A stretch of DNA of 64,000 nt from Nitrospinales bacterium (lineage in GTDB: Bacteria; Nitrospinota; Nitrospinia; Nitrospinales; VA-1), in assembly GCA_965223795.1 (NCBI GenBank), contig CBDCXL010000002.1, forward strand, positions 1,824,001 through 1,888,000, written 5' to 3'. The notes under the pieces were generated by a model. The model saw only the letters and a list, made by a program, of their open reading frames with translations, did no database searches and was not told the DNA's origin. The translations under genes were made by a program, and so were the position numbers. Below, piece after piece: positions 28,390 through 48,233 of this stretch. Position 1 is the first letter of the stretch. Each line of letters begins with the position of its first letter.

Positions 28390-29625
28390 ATGAGTTCATC
28401 CATCCAAAGAATCCGCTTCCGCGCCTGCATCACCGGGCCGGAAACGGTTGTGGAGCACGGCGAGCTGGTGATCGAGGACGGAATCATCCAGAGCGTCCTG
28501 GATACGCCCACTCAAGCGGCGGAGGCGGAAGTGCTGGATCTTTCCGATCACCTGCTGCTGCCCGGCTTCGTGAACGCGCACAGCCACCTGGCGCTTTCGG
28601 CGCTCTCGGGCAAACTCTCCCGCAAGGAACGCTTCACCGACTGGGTGCGCGATCTTCTCAACGCCGACGCGCAAATTTCCGAAGCGGAGCGGCTCGAAGC
28701 GATGCAGGCAGGCGCGTGGGCCATGCTGGAATCGGGGGTGACGGCGCTGGGCGACTTCGCCGGGAATGCGGGTCTGCTCGATGCCATGGTGCGGCTGCCG
28801 TTTCGCATGGTGGTGTTTCTGGAAACGCTGGGTTTTCGCGATGACCGGATGGATGCGACGCTCGAGCGCGTGCGTTCGGTTCTTGAGGTGGTTCCGGCGG
28901 ATGACGGTTTGCTGCGGCTCGGCCTCGCGCCGCACGCGCCGTATTCTGTGTCGCCGCGGCTGCTGTGCGAACTCAAACAGCTGGCGTCGCAATACGAAGT
29001 GCCGTTCTCCTGCCACGTCGCCGAGTTTCCCGAAGAGGTGCGGTTCCTCAGGCATGGCGGCGGCGAGCTGGAGGCGTTTCTCAAGGAGCGCGGGGCCTAC
29101 GATGCGGACTGGCGGCCGCCGGGTCAAAGCCCGGCCGCTTATCTGGACGGGCTCGGCGTTCTCGATGGCATGACGGCGGTGCACCTCAACGAAGTGGATG
29201 GGGATCTCGGACTGCTCTCCGAGCGCGGCGTGCGCGCGGTGTTCTGTCCCGGCGGCACGCAGTGGTTCGGCCGCACGCGCGCAATGCCGGTGCGCGCTTT
29301 GCTCGACCGCGGCGTGAGCGTCGGGCTCGGCACCGATTCCTTAGCCAGCAACGCTTCGCTGAACTTTCTGCGCGAGCTTAAAATCGCGGAAGCGCTGCTG
29401 CCAGATGTTTCGCGCTGGGAGATTATTCAAATGGCGACCGAAGGCGGGGCGCAGGCGCTGCGGATCAACGCGGGAACCATCGCGCCCGGCCGCTGCGCGG
29501 ACCTCACCGGATTCCGCATTGAAGAAACACCCGCATCCTGGGCGGACGCGCCGTTTATGCCCGAACGGCAGCGGGCGGACTTTGTGATGGTGCAGGGAAA
29601 GCCCGTTTTTTCAAGTTCCTTGTGA
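28390..29625 (+). CDS. Metal-dependent amidohydrolase (nucleoside deaminase-like)
   Basis: PGFVNAHSH, APHAPYS, CHVAE, AVHL, GLGTDS metal-binding motifs. Confidence 0.9.
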   Translation: MSSSIQRIRFRACITGPETVVEHGELVIEDGIIQSVLDTPTQAAEAEVLDLSDHLLLPGFVNAHSHLALSALSGKLSRKERFTDWVRDLLNADAQISEAERLEAMQAGAWAMLESGVTALGDFAGNAGLLDAMVRLPFRMVVFLETLGFRDDRMDATLERVRSVLEVVPADDGLLRLGLAPHAPYSVSPRLLCELKQLASQYEVPFSCHVAEFPEEVRFLRHGGGELEAFLKERGAYDADWRPPGQSPAAYLDGLGVLDGMTAVHLNEVDGDLGLLSERGVRAVFCPGGTQWFGRTRAMPVRALLDRGVSVGLGTDSLASNASLNFLRELKIAEALLPDVSRWEIIQMATEGGAQALRINAGTIAPGRCADLTGFRIEETPASWADAPFMPERQRADFVMVQGKPVFSSSL

Positions 29626-29701
29626 TGAGTTTCGCGCAATGTTTCGCAGGCAGGTATAATGGTGTGCAAACGACATCATCGAATTCGTTAGAGGCTATGG
29701 C

Positions 29702-30862
29702 GTGAAAGCTCTGGTATTGGACATACAACGCGACGAGTGGGAAACGACCACCGGGATGGACATTCAGGATGTTCCTGAACCGGGACTGGACGAATCCGCC
29801 CATCCGGACGACGCCAGCAAGGTCATCATCAAGCCCCGCTTCACCGGTTTCTGCGGTTCGGACAAGGGCATCTGGTTCCGACACGCGTTCAAGGACATGA
29901 TCTTCGATTCCATCGAGCGTGAGCACGCGCCGTACCGCATCTGCGGACACGAGCTGCTGGGCGAGGTGATGGACGCCGGTTCGTATTCGGCCAAGACCTA
30001 CGGCTTCAAGCCGGGAGACATCGTCTCGACGGAATCGCACATCTTCTGCGGCCGCTGCCATCAATGCAAGATCGGCGAAGAGCACGTGTGCTCCGACCAT
30101 CTCATCATCGGCATCTCCACCGACGGTTGTTTCGCCGACTACGTCAAGCTGCCGGCCAAGGAACTCTGGCGCACGGACACCGACAAGATCCGCCCGGAGG
30201 TGGCGGCGATCCAGGAACCTTTGGGCAATGCGGTGCACGCCTTGAGCCGCGTGGATGTGCGTGGCAAGTCGATCGCCATATTCGGCTGCGGCACGATCGG
30301 GTTGTTTTCCATCCTGGTGGCGCGCGCCATGGGTGCGACGAACATCATCGGCGTCGATCCCAATCCGTCGCACCTTAACATGGCGGAACAACTGGGAGTC
30401 GATTGCACGATCGAGGTGGACAAGGACAAGCCGGCGGTCCCCGGGCACGGCGCGGATCAGGACATCGTCGCGGCCATCCACAAACACTGCAAGGGGCGCG
30501 GCGTCGATGTGGCGTACGAGATGTCCGGCAACAACCAGGCGCTGAACACGGCGATCCAGTCGGTGCGGCCGGGCGGCGACGTCATCCTGTTCGGTCTGTG
30601 CGGCGGCGATTTCACGCTGCAGAATTTTCAGAACATCGTGCTGCACGGGAAGACCCTGCATGGCATCGTCGGCCGCCGCGTGTTCCAGACCTGGTACATC
30701 ATGCGCAATCTTTTGGAATCCAGACACCACGATCTGCAGGACAAGATTTTCGACGTCATCCTGAACCGGGGCGAGGGCACCATCGTGCCGTTTGAGGGTT
30801 TTGACAAACAGCGTTTCGACGGCCTGATCCGCGAGCATCCGAAAATCGTGATGAAACACTGA
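29702..30862 (+). CDS. tdh: L-threonine 3-dehydrogenase (Zn-dependent MDR family)
   Basis: CGSD, GHE, ESHIFCGRCHQC..C, GCGTIG; adjacent to kbl; TATAAT at 29655. Confidence 0.85.
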   Translation: MKALVLDIQRDEWETTTGMDIQDVPEPGLDESAHPDDASKVIIKPRFTGFCGSDKGIWFRHAFKDMIFDSIEREHAPYRICGHELLGEVMDAGSYSAKTYGFKPGDIVSTESHIFCGRCHQCKIGEEHVCSDHLIIGISTDGCFADYVKLPAKELWRTDTDKIRPEVAAIQEPLGNAVHALSRVDVRGKSIAIFGCGTIGLFSILVARAMGATNIIGVDPNPSHLNMAEQLGVDCTIEVDKDKPAVPGHGADQDIVAAIHKHCKGRGVDVAYEMSGNNQALNTAIQSVRPGGDVILFGLCGGDFTLQNFQNIVLHGKTLHGIVGRRVFQTWYIMRNLLESRHHDLQDKIFDVILNRGEGTIVPFEGFDKQRFDGLIREHPKIVMKH

Positions 30863-30874
30863 GGGAGTTCCCCG

Positions 30875-32062
30875 ATGCCCGACAGCATGACCGAATCGAT
30901 CGGTGAAGAACTGCAATCCATCCGCGAGGCCGGGTTGTATAAGGATGAGCGGGTGCTGGACTCGCCGCAGTCGGTGAAGATCCGCACCACCGGGGGCGAG
31001 GTCCTCAATTTCTGCGCCAACAACTACCTGGGTCTGGCGGACCATCCCGAGATCGTGCAGGCGGCCAAGCAGGCGCTGGATCGATACGGATACGGGATGG
31101 CGTCGGTGCGCTTCATCTGCGGCACGCAGGCGGTGCACAAGCAGCTGGAAGAAGCGGTGTCGCGGTTTTTAGAGACCGAGGACACCATTTTGTATTCGTC
31201 CTGCTTCGACGCCAACGCCGGCCTGTTCGAAACGCTGCTCGACACGGAGGACGCGGTGATCAGCGACCGGCTGAACCACGCGAGCATCATCGACGGCGTG
31301 CGGCTGTGCAAGGCGCAGCGCTTCCGCTACCAGCACGCGGACATGAACCACCTGGAAACGCAGCTCAAACGCGCGCAGAAATACCGCCGCCGATTGATCG
31401 CCACGGACGGGGTGTTCAGCATGGACGGGGATGTGGCACCGCTTTCCGACATCTGCGATCTGGCCGACCGTTACGGTGCGCAGGTGATGGTGGACGATTC
31501 GCACGCCACGGGGTTTTTCGGCGCAACGGGAAGGGGCAGCATCGAGCATTGCGGCGTGATGGAGCGGGTGGACATCGTCACTTCGACGTTCGGCAAGGCG
31601 CTGGGCGGCGCTTCCGGAGGGTTCACCAGCGCGAACAAGGAAGTGGTGGCGCTGCTCAGGCAGCGCAGCCGTCCCTACCTGTTTTCCAACTCCCTCGCGC
31701 CGGTGATCGCCGGGGCGACCTTAAAAGCGATCGAGCTCATCACCCGGTCGGATGGGCTGCTGTCCAGGCTCAAGGAAAACACAGCTTTTTTCCGGCAGAA
31801 GATCCAGGCCGCGGGTTTTTCCATTCAGCCGGGGGAGCATCCGATCATCCCCATCATGCTGGGAGACGCCCGTCTCGCGCACGACATGGCCGACCGCATG
31901 CTTCAGGAGGGAATCTACGTGATCGGCTTCAGCTATCCCGTGGTGCCGAAGGAAAAAGCCCGGATACGCATTCAGATTTCCGCCGCGCACGAAAAAGAGG
32001 ATCTCGACCGCGCCGTTCAAGCCTTCGAGGTGGTGGGCAAACGCCTGAATGTCCTCGCTTAA
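30875..32062 (+). CDS. kbl: Glycine C-acetyltransferase (2-amino-3-ketobutyrate CoA ligase)
   Basis: [46 protein letters not shown]. Confidence 0.97.
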   Translation: MPDSMTESIGEELQSIREAGLYKDERVLDSPQSVKIRTTGGEVLNFCANNYLGLADHPEIVQAAKQALDRYGYGMASVRFICGTQAVHKQLEEAVSRFLETEDTILYSSCFDANAGLFETLLDTEDAVISDRLNHASIIDGVRLCKAQRFRYQHADMNHLETQLKRAQKYRRRLIATDGVFSMDGDVAPLSDICDLADRYGAQVMVDDSHATGFFGATGRGSIEHCGVMERVDIVTSTFGKALGGASGGFTSANKEVVALLRQRSRPYLFSNSLAPVIAGATLKAIELITRSDGLLSRLKENTAFFRQKIQAAGFSIQPGEHPIIPIMLGDARLAHDMADRMLQEGIYVIGFSYPVVPKEKARIRIQISAAHEKEDLDRAVQAFEVVGKRLNVLA

Positions 32063-32104
32063 GCTCAGGCAACGTCATATTCCGATGTTGAGCCGGTTTT
32101 TTGT
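32063..32104 (+). terminator. Possible intrinsic terminator after kbl
   Basis: Imperfect stem CAACGTC/GATGTTG followed by a T-tract. Confidence 0.4.
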
Positions 32105-32565
32105 TCTGCCCAACGGGACCCGCGCCTCCATGAAGTCATGCGGCGTCTGAAAAAAGTTCCGGGAGGCGATATCCTGACGCAACGGGTGCCTGTTCACACA
32201 GACTGTGGCGAGCGGGTGCAATGCCCGGCATCCAGCGGGCAGCCTGCGTCCAGGCGCAGGCGGCGCGAAGGGCGCTGACGCGGATCGGGGCACGGAGTCC
32301 GCGTGCACGTCCGGTTACAACGCAAAATTGTGGCACGCGGATTGATGGGAATAAGTTATTGAAATTTCTACGTGAAAATTCAGGCTGGATTTAAGTGTGG
32401 CATTATTTCGGCAGACCGTGATAAAATCCTTTCAAATTTTATCCTGGGCGAACATATTTCCTATAATTAAATCACCGGCCGTGATAGACTTCGCGGTGTT
32501 GACTTTCCCCAGCGGTAGATAAACCCATCTGACTTTCAAAACATCTCGAAATCACGCTTTTTTTA

Positions 32566-32595
32566 TTGACAAAAATGAAATGAAGTCAGTAAGAT
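32566..32595 (+). promoter_or_regulatory. Sigma70 promoter of the tRNA cluster
   Basis: TTGACA-N18-TAAGAT with upstream T-tract, 21 nt before tRNA-Thr. Confidence 0.75.
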
Positions 32596-32616
32596 GACCG
32601 TTTTCCGTTTTGCTGA

Positions 32617-32692
32617 GCTGGCGTAGCTCAGTTGGTAGAGCAGCTGATTTGTAATCAGCAGGTCGGGGGTTCGAGTCCCTTTGCCAGCTCCA
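32617..32692 (+). tRNA. tRNA-Thr(TGT)
   Basis: Cloverleaf, anticodon loop TTTGTAA, GTTCGAG T-loop, encoded CCA. Confidence 0.97.
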
Positions 32693-32819
32693 TAAATTTG
32701 TGCGCTTTTTTCGTTGGAGACGGAACGTCAGGAACCCGGACGGCCCGTAAAATCAGAGGCTCCGGAGGGCAGTGCCCGACCTGGTCCACATCTTGGGGGC
32801 AACCAATTTTATACAGACC

Positions 32820-32901
32820 GGGGAGGTTCCCGAGTGGCCAAAGGGAACAGACTGTAAATCTGTCGGCTCAGCCTTCGGAGGTTCGAATCCTCCCCTCCCC
32901 A
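32820..32901 (+). tRNA. tRNA-Tyr(GTA)
   Basis: GGGGAGG/CCTCCCC acceptor stem, CTGTAAA loop, long variable arm; no encoded CCA. Confidence 0.97.
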
Positions 32902-32922
32902 TCCTTTTTTTTGGAGGAGACT

Positions 32923-32999
32923 GCGGGAATAGCTCAGTTGGCTAGAGCGTCAGCCTTCCAAGCTGAGGGTCACGGGTTCGAGTCCCGTTTCCCGCTCCA
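32923..32999 (+). tRNA. tRNA-Gly(TCC)
   Basis: GCGGGAA/TTCCCGC acceptor stem, CTTCCAA loop, encoded CCA. Confidence 0.97.
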
Positions 33000-33037
33000 C
33001 CTTTCGGTTTGTGAGGTAAATTACTTTAAAGGAAATT

Positions 33038-33109
33038 GCCCACGTAGCTCAGGGGTGGAGCACTTCCTTGGTAAGGAAGAGGTCATCGGTTCAATTCCGA
33101 TCGTGGGCT
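33038..33109 (+). tRNA. tRNA-Thr(GGT)
   Basis: GCCCACG/CGTGGGC acceptor stem, TTGGTAA loop; no encoded CCA. Confidence 0.96.
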
Positions 33110-33205
33110 TTGCTTATCCGGTTTTGAGGTTCCCAATCGCGGGGCAGGCGGGGAGACAGTGATTTTCCTGGCATTTCCGATCGTAATGGGAAGTGAAACA
33201 AGATT

Positions 33206-33355
33206 ATGAGAGACATCATCCATCTTGCGTGCGGGGAATGTAAAAGGAAAAACTATTCCACCACGAAGAACAAGAAAAAGACGACGAATCGCTTGGAATT
33301 CAATAAGTACTGCCGTTTCTGCAGGAAACACACCCCCCATAAGGAAACCAAGTAA
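33206..33355 (+). CDS. rpmG: 50S ribosomal protein L33 (Zn-binding type)
   Basis: Read manually: [49 protein letters not shown]. Confidence 0.97.
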   Translation: MRDIIHLACGECKRKNYSTTKNKKKTTNRLEFNKYCRFCRKHTPHKETK

Positions 33356-33453
33356 CAAGCGTTGGATTGTTAAATTTAGCGGAGTGCCGGGAGGCGTGAT
33401 GGAGTGCCGTTTGGATTCTCTGTCTCTGTCGGATACCAGCATGCGGATCGCAT

Positions 33454-33527
33454 AGGCCAGTAGCTCGAACGGCTAGAGCACCGGACTCCAAATCTGGGGG
33501 TTGGGGGTTCGAATCCCTCCTGGCCTG
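33454..33527 (+). tRNA. tRNA-Trp(CCA)
   Basis: AGGCCAG/CTGGCCT acceptor stem, CTCCAAA loop; typical position before secE. Confidence 0.96.
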
Positions 33528-33552
33528 TAGTCATTTTAAGGTTTGATTGCCG

Positions 33553-33738
33553 ATGATTGCCAAGGCGCTTCAGTTTTTGTCCGAAGTGAAAGTGGAGGTG
33601 AAGAAGGTCACCTGGCCCTCAAAACGGGAAGCTTTGGGAGGGACCGGTGTGGTGCTCGTGGTGGTTTTTCTGATATCGCTGTTTTTGGGTCTCGTGGATG
33701 CCCTGTTGTCGAAACTGGTCCAGGCGTTTATCAATTAA
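33553..33738 (+). CDS. secE: Preprotein translocase subunit SecE
   Basis: FLSEVKVEVKKVTWP plus one TM helix. Confidence 0.96.
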   Translation: MIAKALQFLSEVKVEVKKVTWPSKREALGGTGVVLVVVFLISLFLGLVDALLSKLVQAFIN

Positions 33739-33757
33739 TCTCATTCGGAATTGAACT

Positions 33758-34288
33758 GTGTCTAGAGAGTGGTACGTCCTGCATACATATTCCGGATACG
33801 AGCGGAAAGTGAAGCTGAGCCTGGAAGAACAGTTCGAGCATTCGGACCAGAAAGATAAATTGGGAGAGATCATCATCCCCACCGAAGAGGTGGTGGAGGT
33901 GCGCAAGGGCAAGAAAAAGATATCCTCCAGAAAGTTTTTCCCGGGTTACATCCTCATCAATGTGGAGATGACCCAGGACATCTGGTACCGGATCAAAAAC
34001 ACGCCCAAGGTGACCGGCTTTCTCGGTGGAGGGCAGACCCCGGTTCCGCTCTCCGAGAGCGAGGTCAAGCTGATCATGGACCAGATCAAGGGCGAGTCCG
34101 TGCGTCCCAAGCCCAAGTTTTCCTTTGAGCGGGGCGAGAACGTGCGCGTGATCGAGGGGCCGTTCGTCAATTTCAACGGCGTGGTGGAGGATGTCAACCA
34201 CGACAAGGGCAAAGTCCGCGTCATGGTTTCCATTTTTGGGCGGGCGACTCCCGTGGAACTGGAATTTCCTCAGATCGAAAAGGTCTGA
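33758..34288 (+). CDS. nusG: Transcription termination/antitermination factor NusG
   Basis: [19 protein letters not shown] motif, [13 protein letters not shown] start. Confidence 0.99.
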   Translation: MSREWYVLHTYSGYERKVKLSLEEQFEHSDQKDKLGEIIIPTEEVVEVRKGKKKISSRKFFPGYILINVEMTQDIWYRIKNTPKVTGFLGGGQTPVPLSESEVKLIMDQIKGESVRPKPKFSFERGENVRVIEGPFVNFNGVVEDVNHDKGKVRVMVSIFGRATPVELEFPQIEKV

Positions 34289-34323
34289 GTCGATTTTCGT
34301 TTTTGATTGAAAGGTGAAGACAG

Positions 34324-34752
34324 GTGGCGACTAAAGAAGTGATGGGGCTGATCAAGCTGCAGATTCCCGCGGGGCAGGCGACTCCCTCTCCGCCGGTGGG
34401 GCCCGCATTGGGGCAACACGGCGTCAACATCATGGAGTTCTGCAAGGCGTTCAACTCCAAGACCCAGGGTCAGGAAGGGATGATCATTCCGGTGATCATC
34501 GAGGTCTTCAAGGACCGCAGTTTTTCGTTCATCACCAAATCGCCGCCGGCCTCGGTGCTGCTCAAGCAGGCCGCCGGGATCGCGAAAGGGTCGTCCAACC
34601 CGAGCAAGGAGTTTGTCGGCAAGGTGACCCGGGCTCAGGTCGAAGAGATCGCCAAGACCAAAATGGAGGATCTGAACGCGCAGGATCTGGAGGCGGCAGT
34701 GCAGATCATCAAGGGATCGGCGAAAAGCATGGGGCTTGAAGTCGAAGGCTAA
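34324..34752 (+). CDS. rplK: 50S ribosomal protein L11
   Basis: [21 protein letters not shown]. Confidence 0.99.
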   Translation: MATKEVMGLIKLQIPAGQATPSPPVGPALGQHGVNIMEFCKAFNSKTQGQEGMIIPVIIEVFKDRSFSFITKSPPASVLLKQAAGIAKGSSNPSKEFVGKVTRAQVEEIAKTKMEDLNAQDLEAAVQIIKGSAKSMGLEVEG

Positions 34753-34773
34753 TTAAAACGCGGGGACAGGCGC

Positions 34774-35460
34774 ATGGCAAAAAGTGGGAAAAAATACCGT
34801 TCGGCTGCGGAAAAGGTGGACCGCGCCGTCAGGTATGAATTGAAAGAGGCGCTCACTCTGGCAAAAGAGGGGAGCTTCGCCAAATTTGACGAATCTGTGG
34901 ATGTGGCGATCAATCTCGGGGTGGACCCGAGAAAGGCCGATCAGAACATCCGCGGCAGCGTGGTGCTTCCCAAGGGAACCGGGAAGAAGTTCCGCGTGCT
35001 GGTGTTTGCCAAGGGTGAGAAGGAGAAGGAGGCCCGGGATGCGGGCGCCGAGCATGTGGGCGGCGAGGATCTGGTGAAGAAGATCCAGGGCGGCTGGCTG
35101 GAATTCGACCGTGTGGTGGCCACTCCCGACATGATGGGACAGGTGGGCAAGCTCGGCAAGGTGCTGGGCCCGCGCGGCATGATGCCCAACCCGAAAACCG
35201 GAACGGTGACCTTCGACATCAAACAGGCCATCGAGCAGATTCAGGCCGGCAAGGTCGATTTTCGCGTCGACAAGGCCGGGATCGTGCATGCGCCTTTGGG
35301 GAAAGCCGGATTTTCGGTCGAAGACCTTGCGGAAAACTATGAAGCGCTGATGGCCACGCTGGTCAAGATGAAGCCTGCTTCCAGTAAGGGGAATTATGTG
35401 AAATCCGTGTCTCTTTCCACGACCATGGGGGCGGGTGTGAAAGTGGCTTATGTCTCCTGA
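34774..35460 (+). CDS. rplA: 50S ribosomal protein L1
   Basis: [23 protein letters not shown]. Confidence 0.99.
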   Translation: MAKSGKKYRSAAEKVDRAVRYELKEALTLAKEGSFAKFDESVDVAINLGVDPRKADQNIRGSVVLPKGTGKKFRVLVFAKGEKEKEARDAGAEHVGGEDLVKKIQGGWLEFDRVVATPDMMGQVGKLGKVLGPRGMMPNPKTGTVTFDIKQAIEQIQAGKVDFRVDKAGIVHAPLGKAGFSVEDLAENYEALMATLVKMKPASSKGNYVKSVSLSTTMGAGVKVAYVS

Positions 35461-35526
35461 TGCACGCTCTGAGCGGGGAATTGCGGGAAACGTTTTTATC
35501 ATGAAAAGCAAAGAGAGGTTCTGAAC

Positions 35527-36054
35527 GTGCCTACGCCAGCAAAAGAGGAAGCGGTCCAGAAGCTGAACGAACTGTTTCAAAACGCTCGGTCCGCCATTCT
35601 GACCGATTACCAGAACATCGATTCGCCGAGCATCACCGCGTTTCGCGCGCATGTTCGCGGCCGGTCTGTGGAGTTTTGCGTTGTCAAGAACACGCTCGCC
35701 AAAAAAGCGGCGAAGAACACGCCGTTTGAGCTTCTGGACGATAAATTCAAAGGCCCCGTTTCCCTGGTCGTGAGCCGCGACGATCTGATCGCGCCGGCGA
35801 AAGCGCTTTCCGATTATGCCAAAACGGGCGACGGCAAGTCTCCGAAGGTGCTTTGCGGCCTGGTGGAGGGGAAGGTGATCACTCCCGAGGAAGTCAAGGC
35901 TCTGGCGGATCTCCCCTCCAAGGAAGAGTTGATTTCCAGCATGCTGTCTGTGTTTCAAGGGCCTTCAAGAAATTTTGCCTGCGTGTTCGCGAGTCTGCTC
36001 AGAAAACTTGTGGGAACGCTGGATGCGGTGCGCGAGAAAAAAGCTTCGGGTTGA
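35527..36054 (+). CDS. rplJ: 50S ribosomal protein L10
   Basis: VVKNTL, LADLPSKEEL; synteny. Confidence 0.97.
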   Translation: MPTPAKEEAVQKLNELFQNARSAILTDYQNIDSPSITAFRAHVRGRSVEFCVVKNTLAKKAAKNTPFELLDDKFKGPVSLVVSRDDLIAPAKALSDYAKTGDGKSPKVLCGLVEGKVITPEEVKALADLPSKEELISSMLSVFQGPSRNFACVFASLLRKLVGTLDAVREKKASG

Positions 36055-36177
36055 GCGGGTTTTTCGGCTCCCGGGGCTGGGCGCAAATGACCAAATTCAA
36101 TTCATGGATCAGCGGATTATAGATTTTAGAATAAACCTATTTTGAAAAAAAAATCGATCGATTGAAAGGAGGGCGTG

Positions 36178-36555
36178 ATGGCCGTCACCAAAGAGGATGT
36201 CATCTCATTTATCGACAACATGACCGTTCTGGAAATGTCTGAGTTTGTCAAGGAACTGGAGGATAAGTACGGGGTCACCGCCGCCGCGCCTGCCATGGCG
36301 ATGGCCGCACCCGCGGCTGGCGGCGGCGAAGCCGCTGAAGAGAAAACCGAATTCGACGTGGTGCTCACCGCCGCGGGGGATAAAAAGATCCAGGTCATCA
36401 AGGAAGTCCGGGCCATCACCGGTCTGGGGCTCAAGGATGCCAAGGATCTCGTCGAAGGAGCGCCCAAGCCTGTGAAGGAAGGGGTGAAAAAAGAAGAGGC
36501 CGATGAGATCAAAAAGAAGATCGAGGCCGTCGGAGGCACTGTGGAAGTCAAATAA
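36178..36555 (+). CDS. rplL: 50S ribosomal protein L7/L12
   Basis: [27 protein letters not shown]. Confidence 0.99.
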   Translation: MAVTKEDVISFIDNMTVLEMSEFVKELEDKYGVTAAAPAMAMAAPAAGGGEAAEEKTEFDVVLTAAGDKKIQVIKEVRAITGLGLKDAKDLVEGAPKPVKEGVKKEEADEIKKKIEAVGGTVEVK

Positions 36556-36636
36556 ACGTATCAGGAAATCATTTTCATCGCATTTGACCGTGTCATTTTG
36601 TAATTCAATCCTTAAATACTCAAAGGTCATAACAAT

Positions 36637-40854
<4,218 letters not shown>

Positions 40855-40918
40855 AGAAAATCAACTCCCTCATGCGGAGTTAAAGATACTTATAAATCCT
40901 ATATAGGAGATAAACCTG

Positions 40919-45004
<4,086 letters not shown>

Positions 45005-45028
45005 AGCGTTCGGATCGGGTAATTTTGC

Positions 45029-45057
45029 TTGACTGATCCTGAAAGAGTGGCTAGAAT
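45029..45057 (+). promoter_or_regulatory. Sigma70 promoter of the str operon
   Basis: TTGACT-N17-TAGAAT. Confidence 0.8.
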
Positions 45058-45180
45058 TACGGATTTTTCACGCCGTGAATTTTCCGAAAATAACCACTTG
45101 TTTTTATTGAGGTTTGTTTGGGGCGGCCGGTGTATTGGCTACCCGATACGAGGTGGTTGCATTTTGCGGAGGGAATTTCT

Positions 45181-45564
<384 letters not shown>

Positions 45565-45599
45565 AAACGAAAGCAAACACTTTAAGCGATATATAGAAC

Positions 45600-46070
45600 A
45601 TGGCCCGAAGACGAGAAGCGCAGAAGCGGCAGGTGACGCCGGACCCCAAGTACAACGACGTGCTTGTGGCGCGGTTCATCAACAACATTCTCCGCAAGGG
45701 AAAAAAGAGCGTCGCCGAGCGGATTTTCTACAACGCTATGGATGCCATCGGCGGCAAGACCAAGGAAGATCCCATCAAGGTTTTCCGCAAGGCGGTGGAC
45801 AACACCTCTCCGCTGCTCGAGGTGCGCTCCCGCAGGGTGGGCGGCGCCACGTATCAGGTTCCGGTGGAGGTCAAGGAGCGGCGGCGCATCGCGCTGAGCA
45901 TCCGCTGGATGATACAGAACGCCAAGGCCCGGTCCGCCAAAACCATGGCGGAGAAACTGACCGGGGAAATTCTGGACGCATACAATAATGTCGGCGGCGC
46001 CATCAAGAAAAAAGAGGAAGTGCATCGAATGGCCGAGGCCAACAGGGCTTTTGCTCATTATCGCTGGTGA
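45600..46070 (+). CDS. rpsG: 30S ribosomal protein S7
   Basis: [26 protein letters not shown]. Confidence 0.99.
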   Translation: MARRREAQKRQVTPDPKYNDVLVARFINNILRKGKKSVAERIFYNAMDAIGGKTKEDPIKVFRKAVDNTSPLLEVRSRRVGGATYQVPVEVKERRRIALSIRWMIQNAKARSAKTMAEKLTGEILDAYNNVGGAIKKKEEVHRMAEANRAFAHYRW

Positions 46071-46089
46071 CCCAACTTTCTAAAACGTC

Positions 46090-48189
46090 ATGGCTAAAAA
46101 ACCTGAATTAGAAAAACGGCGCAATATCGGCATCATCGCTCATATCGACGCGGGCAAGACCACGACGACCGAACGCGTGCTGTATTACACCGGCCGCAGT
46201 CATAAGCTGGGCGAGGTCCACGAGGGCACCGCGACGATGGACTGGATGGAGCAGGAGCAGGAACGCGGGATCACGATCACCTCCGCGGCCACCACCTGTT
46301 TCTGGCAGGATCATCAGATCAACATTATCGACACGCCCGGCCACGTGGACTTCACAGCCGAAGTCGAACGTTCGCTGCGCGTGCTGGACGGCGCCATCGG
46401 CGTCTTCTGTGCGGTCGGCGGCGTCGAGCCGCAATCGGAGACGGTTTGGCGGCAGGCCACCAAGTACCAGGTTCCGAGGATCGGTTTCGTCAACAAGATG
46501 GATCGTGCGGGCGCGGACTTTCTCAACTGCGTCGGTCAGATCAAAGATCGGCTCAACGCCAATCCGGTGCCCCTGCAGCTGCCTTTGGGGGCGGAAGCGG
46601 GATTCAAGGGCGTCATCGATCTCATCGACATGAAAGCGAACGTGTACAGCGATGAGAAGGGCAAAGGCGAGGTGTATGAAGAACAGGAAATTCCCGCCGA
46701 CCTGCTGGATCAGGCCAAGGAGTACCGCGAGGCGATGATGGAAGCGGTGTCCGACGTCGACGACACCATTATGGAAAAATACCTGGGCGGCGAAGAGATC
46801 CCCAACGAGGATCTGCTCGCGGCGCTGCGCAAGGGAACGCTGGAGCTCAAGTTCACGCCCATCCTTTGCGGCGCGGCTTTCAAGAACAAAGGTGTGCAGC
46901 AGCTTTTGAACGCGGTAGTGCGCTACCTTCCTTCGCCGCAGGAAATTCCGGCCATTCACGGCACCAACCCCAATACGCAGGAAGAGGTGGTGCGCGGTTC
47001 GGACGCGAGCGAACCCTTTTCCGCGCTTGCGTTCAAGATCATGACCGATCCGTTCGTGGGCCAGCTGGCTTTCGTGCGCGTGTACTCCGGGGAGTTGAAA
47101 AGCGGGTCCTATGTTTACAATTCCACCAAGAACCATCGCGAGCGGGTGGGGCGCATCCTGCGCATGCACGCGAACAAACGCGAGGAGGTCAAGTCCGTCA
47201 AAGCCGGAGACATTGCGGCGGCGATCGGACTTAAAAACACTTTTACCGGAGACACGCTGTGCGTCGAGGAGCATCCGGTCATTCTGGAGTCGATCAGTTT
47301 TCCGGAGCCCGTCATTTCCGTCGCGATCGAGCCCAAGACCAAGGCGGAGCAGGACAAACTCTCCGACTGCCTCGTCAAGCTACTGCAGGAAGACCCCACC
47401 TTCAGCGTCAAAGTGAATTCCGAAACCAATCAGACCGTCATCTCCGGCATGGGTGAGCTGCATCTGGAGATCCTGGTGGACCGCATGCGGCGGGAATTCT
47501 CGCTGGACGTCAACGTGTCCAAACCGCAGGTCGCCTATAAGGAAACCATCACCAAGCCGATCGAGCACAACTACAAATACGTCAAGCAGACCGGCGGCCG
47601 CGGCCAGTACGGGCATGTCGAGATCAAGGTCGAGCCGAGAGAAGCGGGAGCCGGTTTCGAGTTCGTCAACAAGATCGTCGGCGGAGCCATTCCGAAAGAA
47701 TACATCCCCGCGGTGCAGAAGGGCATCGAGGAGGCGATGGAGCGCGGCATTCTGTGCGGCTACCACGTTGTGGACGTGGGCGTCACCCTGGTCGACGGCT
47801 CCTACCATGAAGTCGACTCTTCCGAGATGGCGTTTAAGGTCTGTGCCTCCATCGCATTCAAGGAGGCCTGCACGAAGGCGAGCCCGGTGCTGTTAGAGCC
47901 GATCATGGAGGTCGAGGTGGTGACGCCCGAGGAATTCATGGGCGATGTGATCGGCAACCTGAACTCCAAGCGGGGCAAGATCAAGGATTTGAGCGAGCGG
48001 GCGGGTGCAAAGGTGATCCGCGCGGAAGTGCCGCTTTCCGGAATGTTCGGGTACTCCACGGATCTGCGTTCCGCCACACAGGGCCGGGCGACGTTCTCGA
48101 TGGAGTATTCCAAGTACGAGCCCATTCCGTCCATGATTGCGGATGAGTTGATCGCGAAAGCGACGGGCAAGGAAAGATTAGCAGTTTGA
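46090..48189 (+). CDS. fusA: Elongation factor G
   Basis: [24 protein letters not shown]. Confidence 0.99.
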   Translation: MAKKPELEKRRNIGIIAHIDAGKTTTTERVLYYTGRSHKLGEVHEGTATMDWMEQEQERGITITSAATTCFWQDHQINIIDTPGHVDFTAEVERSLRVLDGAIGVFCAVGGVEPQSETVWRQATKYQVPRIGFVNKMDRAGADFLNCVGQIKDRLNANPVPLQLPLGAEAGFKGVIDLIDMKANVYSDEKGKGEVYEEQEIPADLLDQAKEYREAMMEAVSDVDDTIMEKYLGGEEIPNEDLLAALRKGTLELKFTPILCGAAFKNKGVQQLLNAVVRYLPSPQEIPAIHGTNPNTQEEVVRGSDASEPFSALAFKIMTDPFVGQLAFVRVYSGELKSGSYVYNSTKNHRERVGRILRMHANKREEVKSVKAGDIAAAIGLKNTFTGDTLCVEEHPVILESISFPEPVISVAIEPKTKAEQDKLSDCLVKLLQEDPTFSVKVNSETNQTVISGMGELHLEILVDRMRREFSLDVNVSKPQVAYKETITKPIEHNYKYVKQTGGRGQYGHVEIKVEPREAGAGFEFVNKIVGGAIPKEYIPAVQKGIEEAMERGILCGYHVVDVGVTLVDGSYHEVDSSEMAFKVCASIAFKEACTKASPVLLEPIMEVEVVTPEEFMGDVIGNLNSKRGKIKDLSERAGAKVIRAEVPLSGMFGYSTDLRSATQGRATFSMEYSKYEPIPSMIADELIAKATGKERLAV

Positions 48190-48233
48190 CACATGCATAA
48201 TTATTGATGAATCCATAATCGGAGTGAACGAGC

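Noticed and set aside
32632..33162. 176-aa ORF across the tRNA cluster
   Set aside because: It is a translation of four tRNA genes.
32617..33527. Three of five tRNAs lack an encoded CCA
   Set aside because: Common in bacteria with a CCA-adding enzyme; not evidence of pseudogenes.
40897..40909. TCCTATATAGGA palindrome overlapping the rpoC SD
   Set aside because: A 4-bp stem is too weak to claim regulation without data.
48186..48219. TTGACA and CATAAT before tuf as an internal promoter
   Set aside because: The 22-nt spacer is too long for sigma70.
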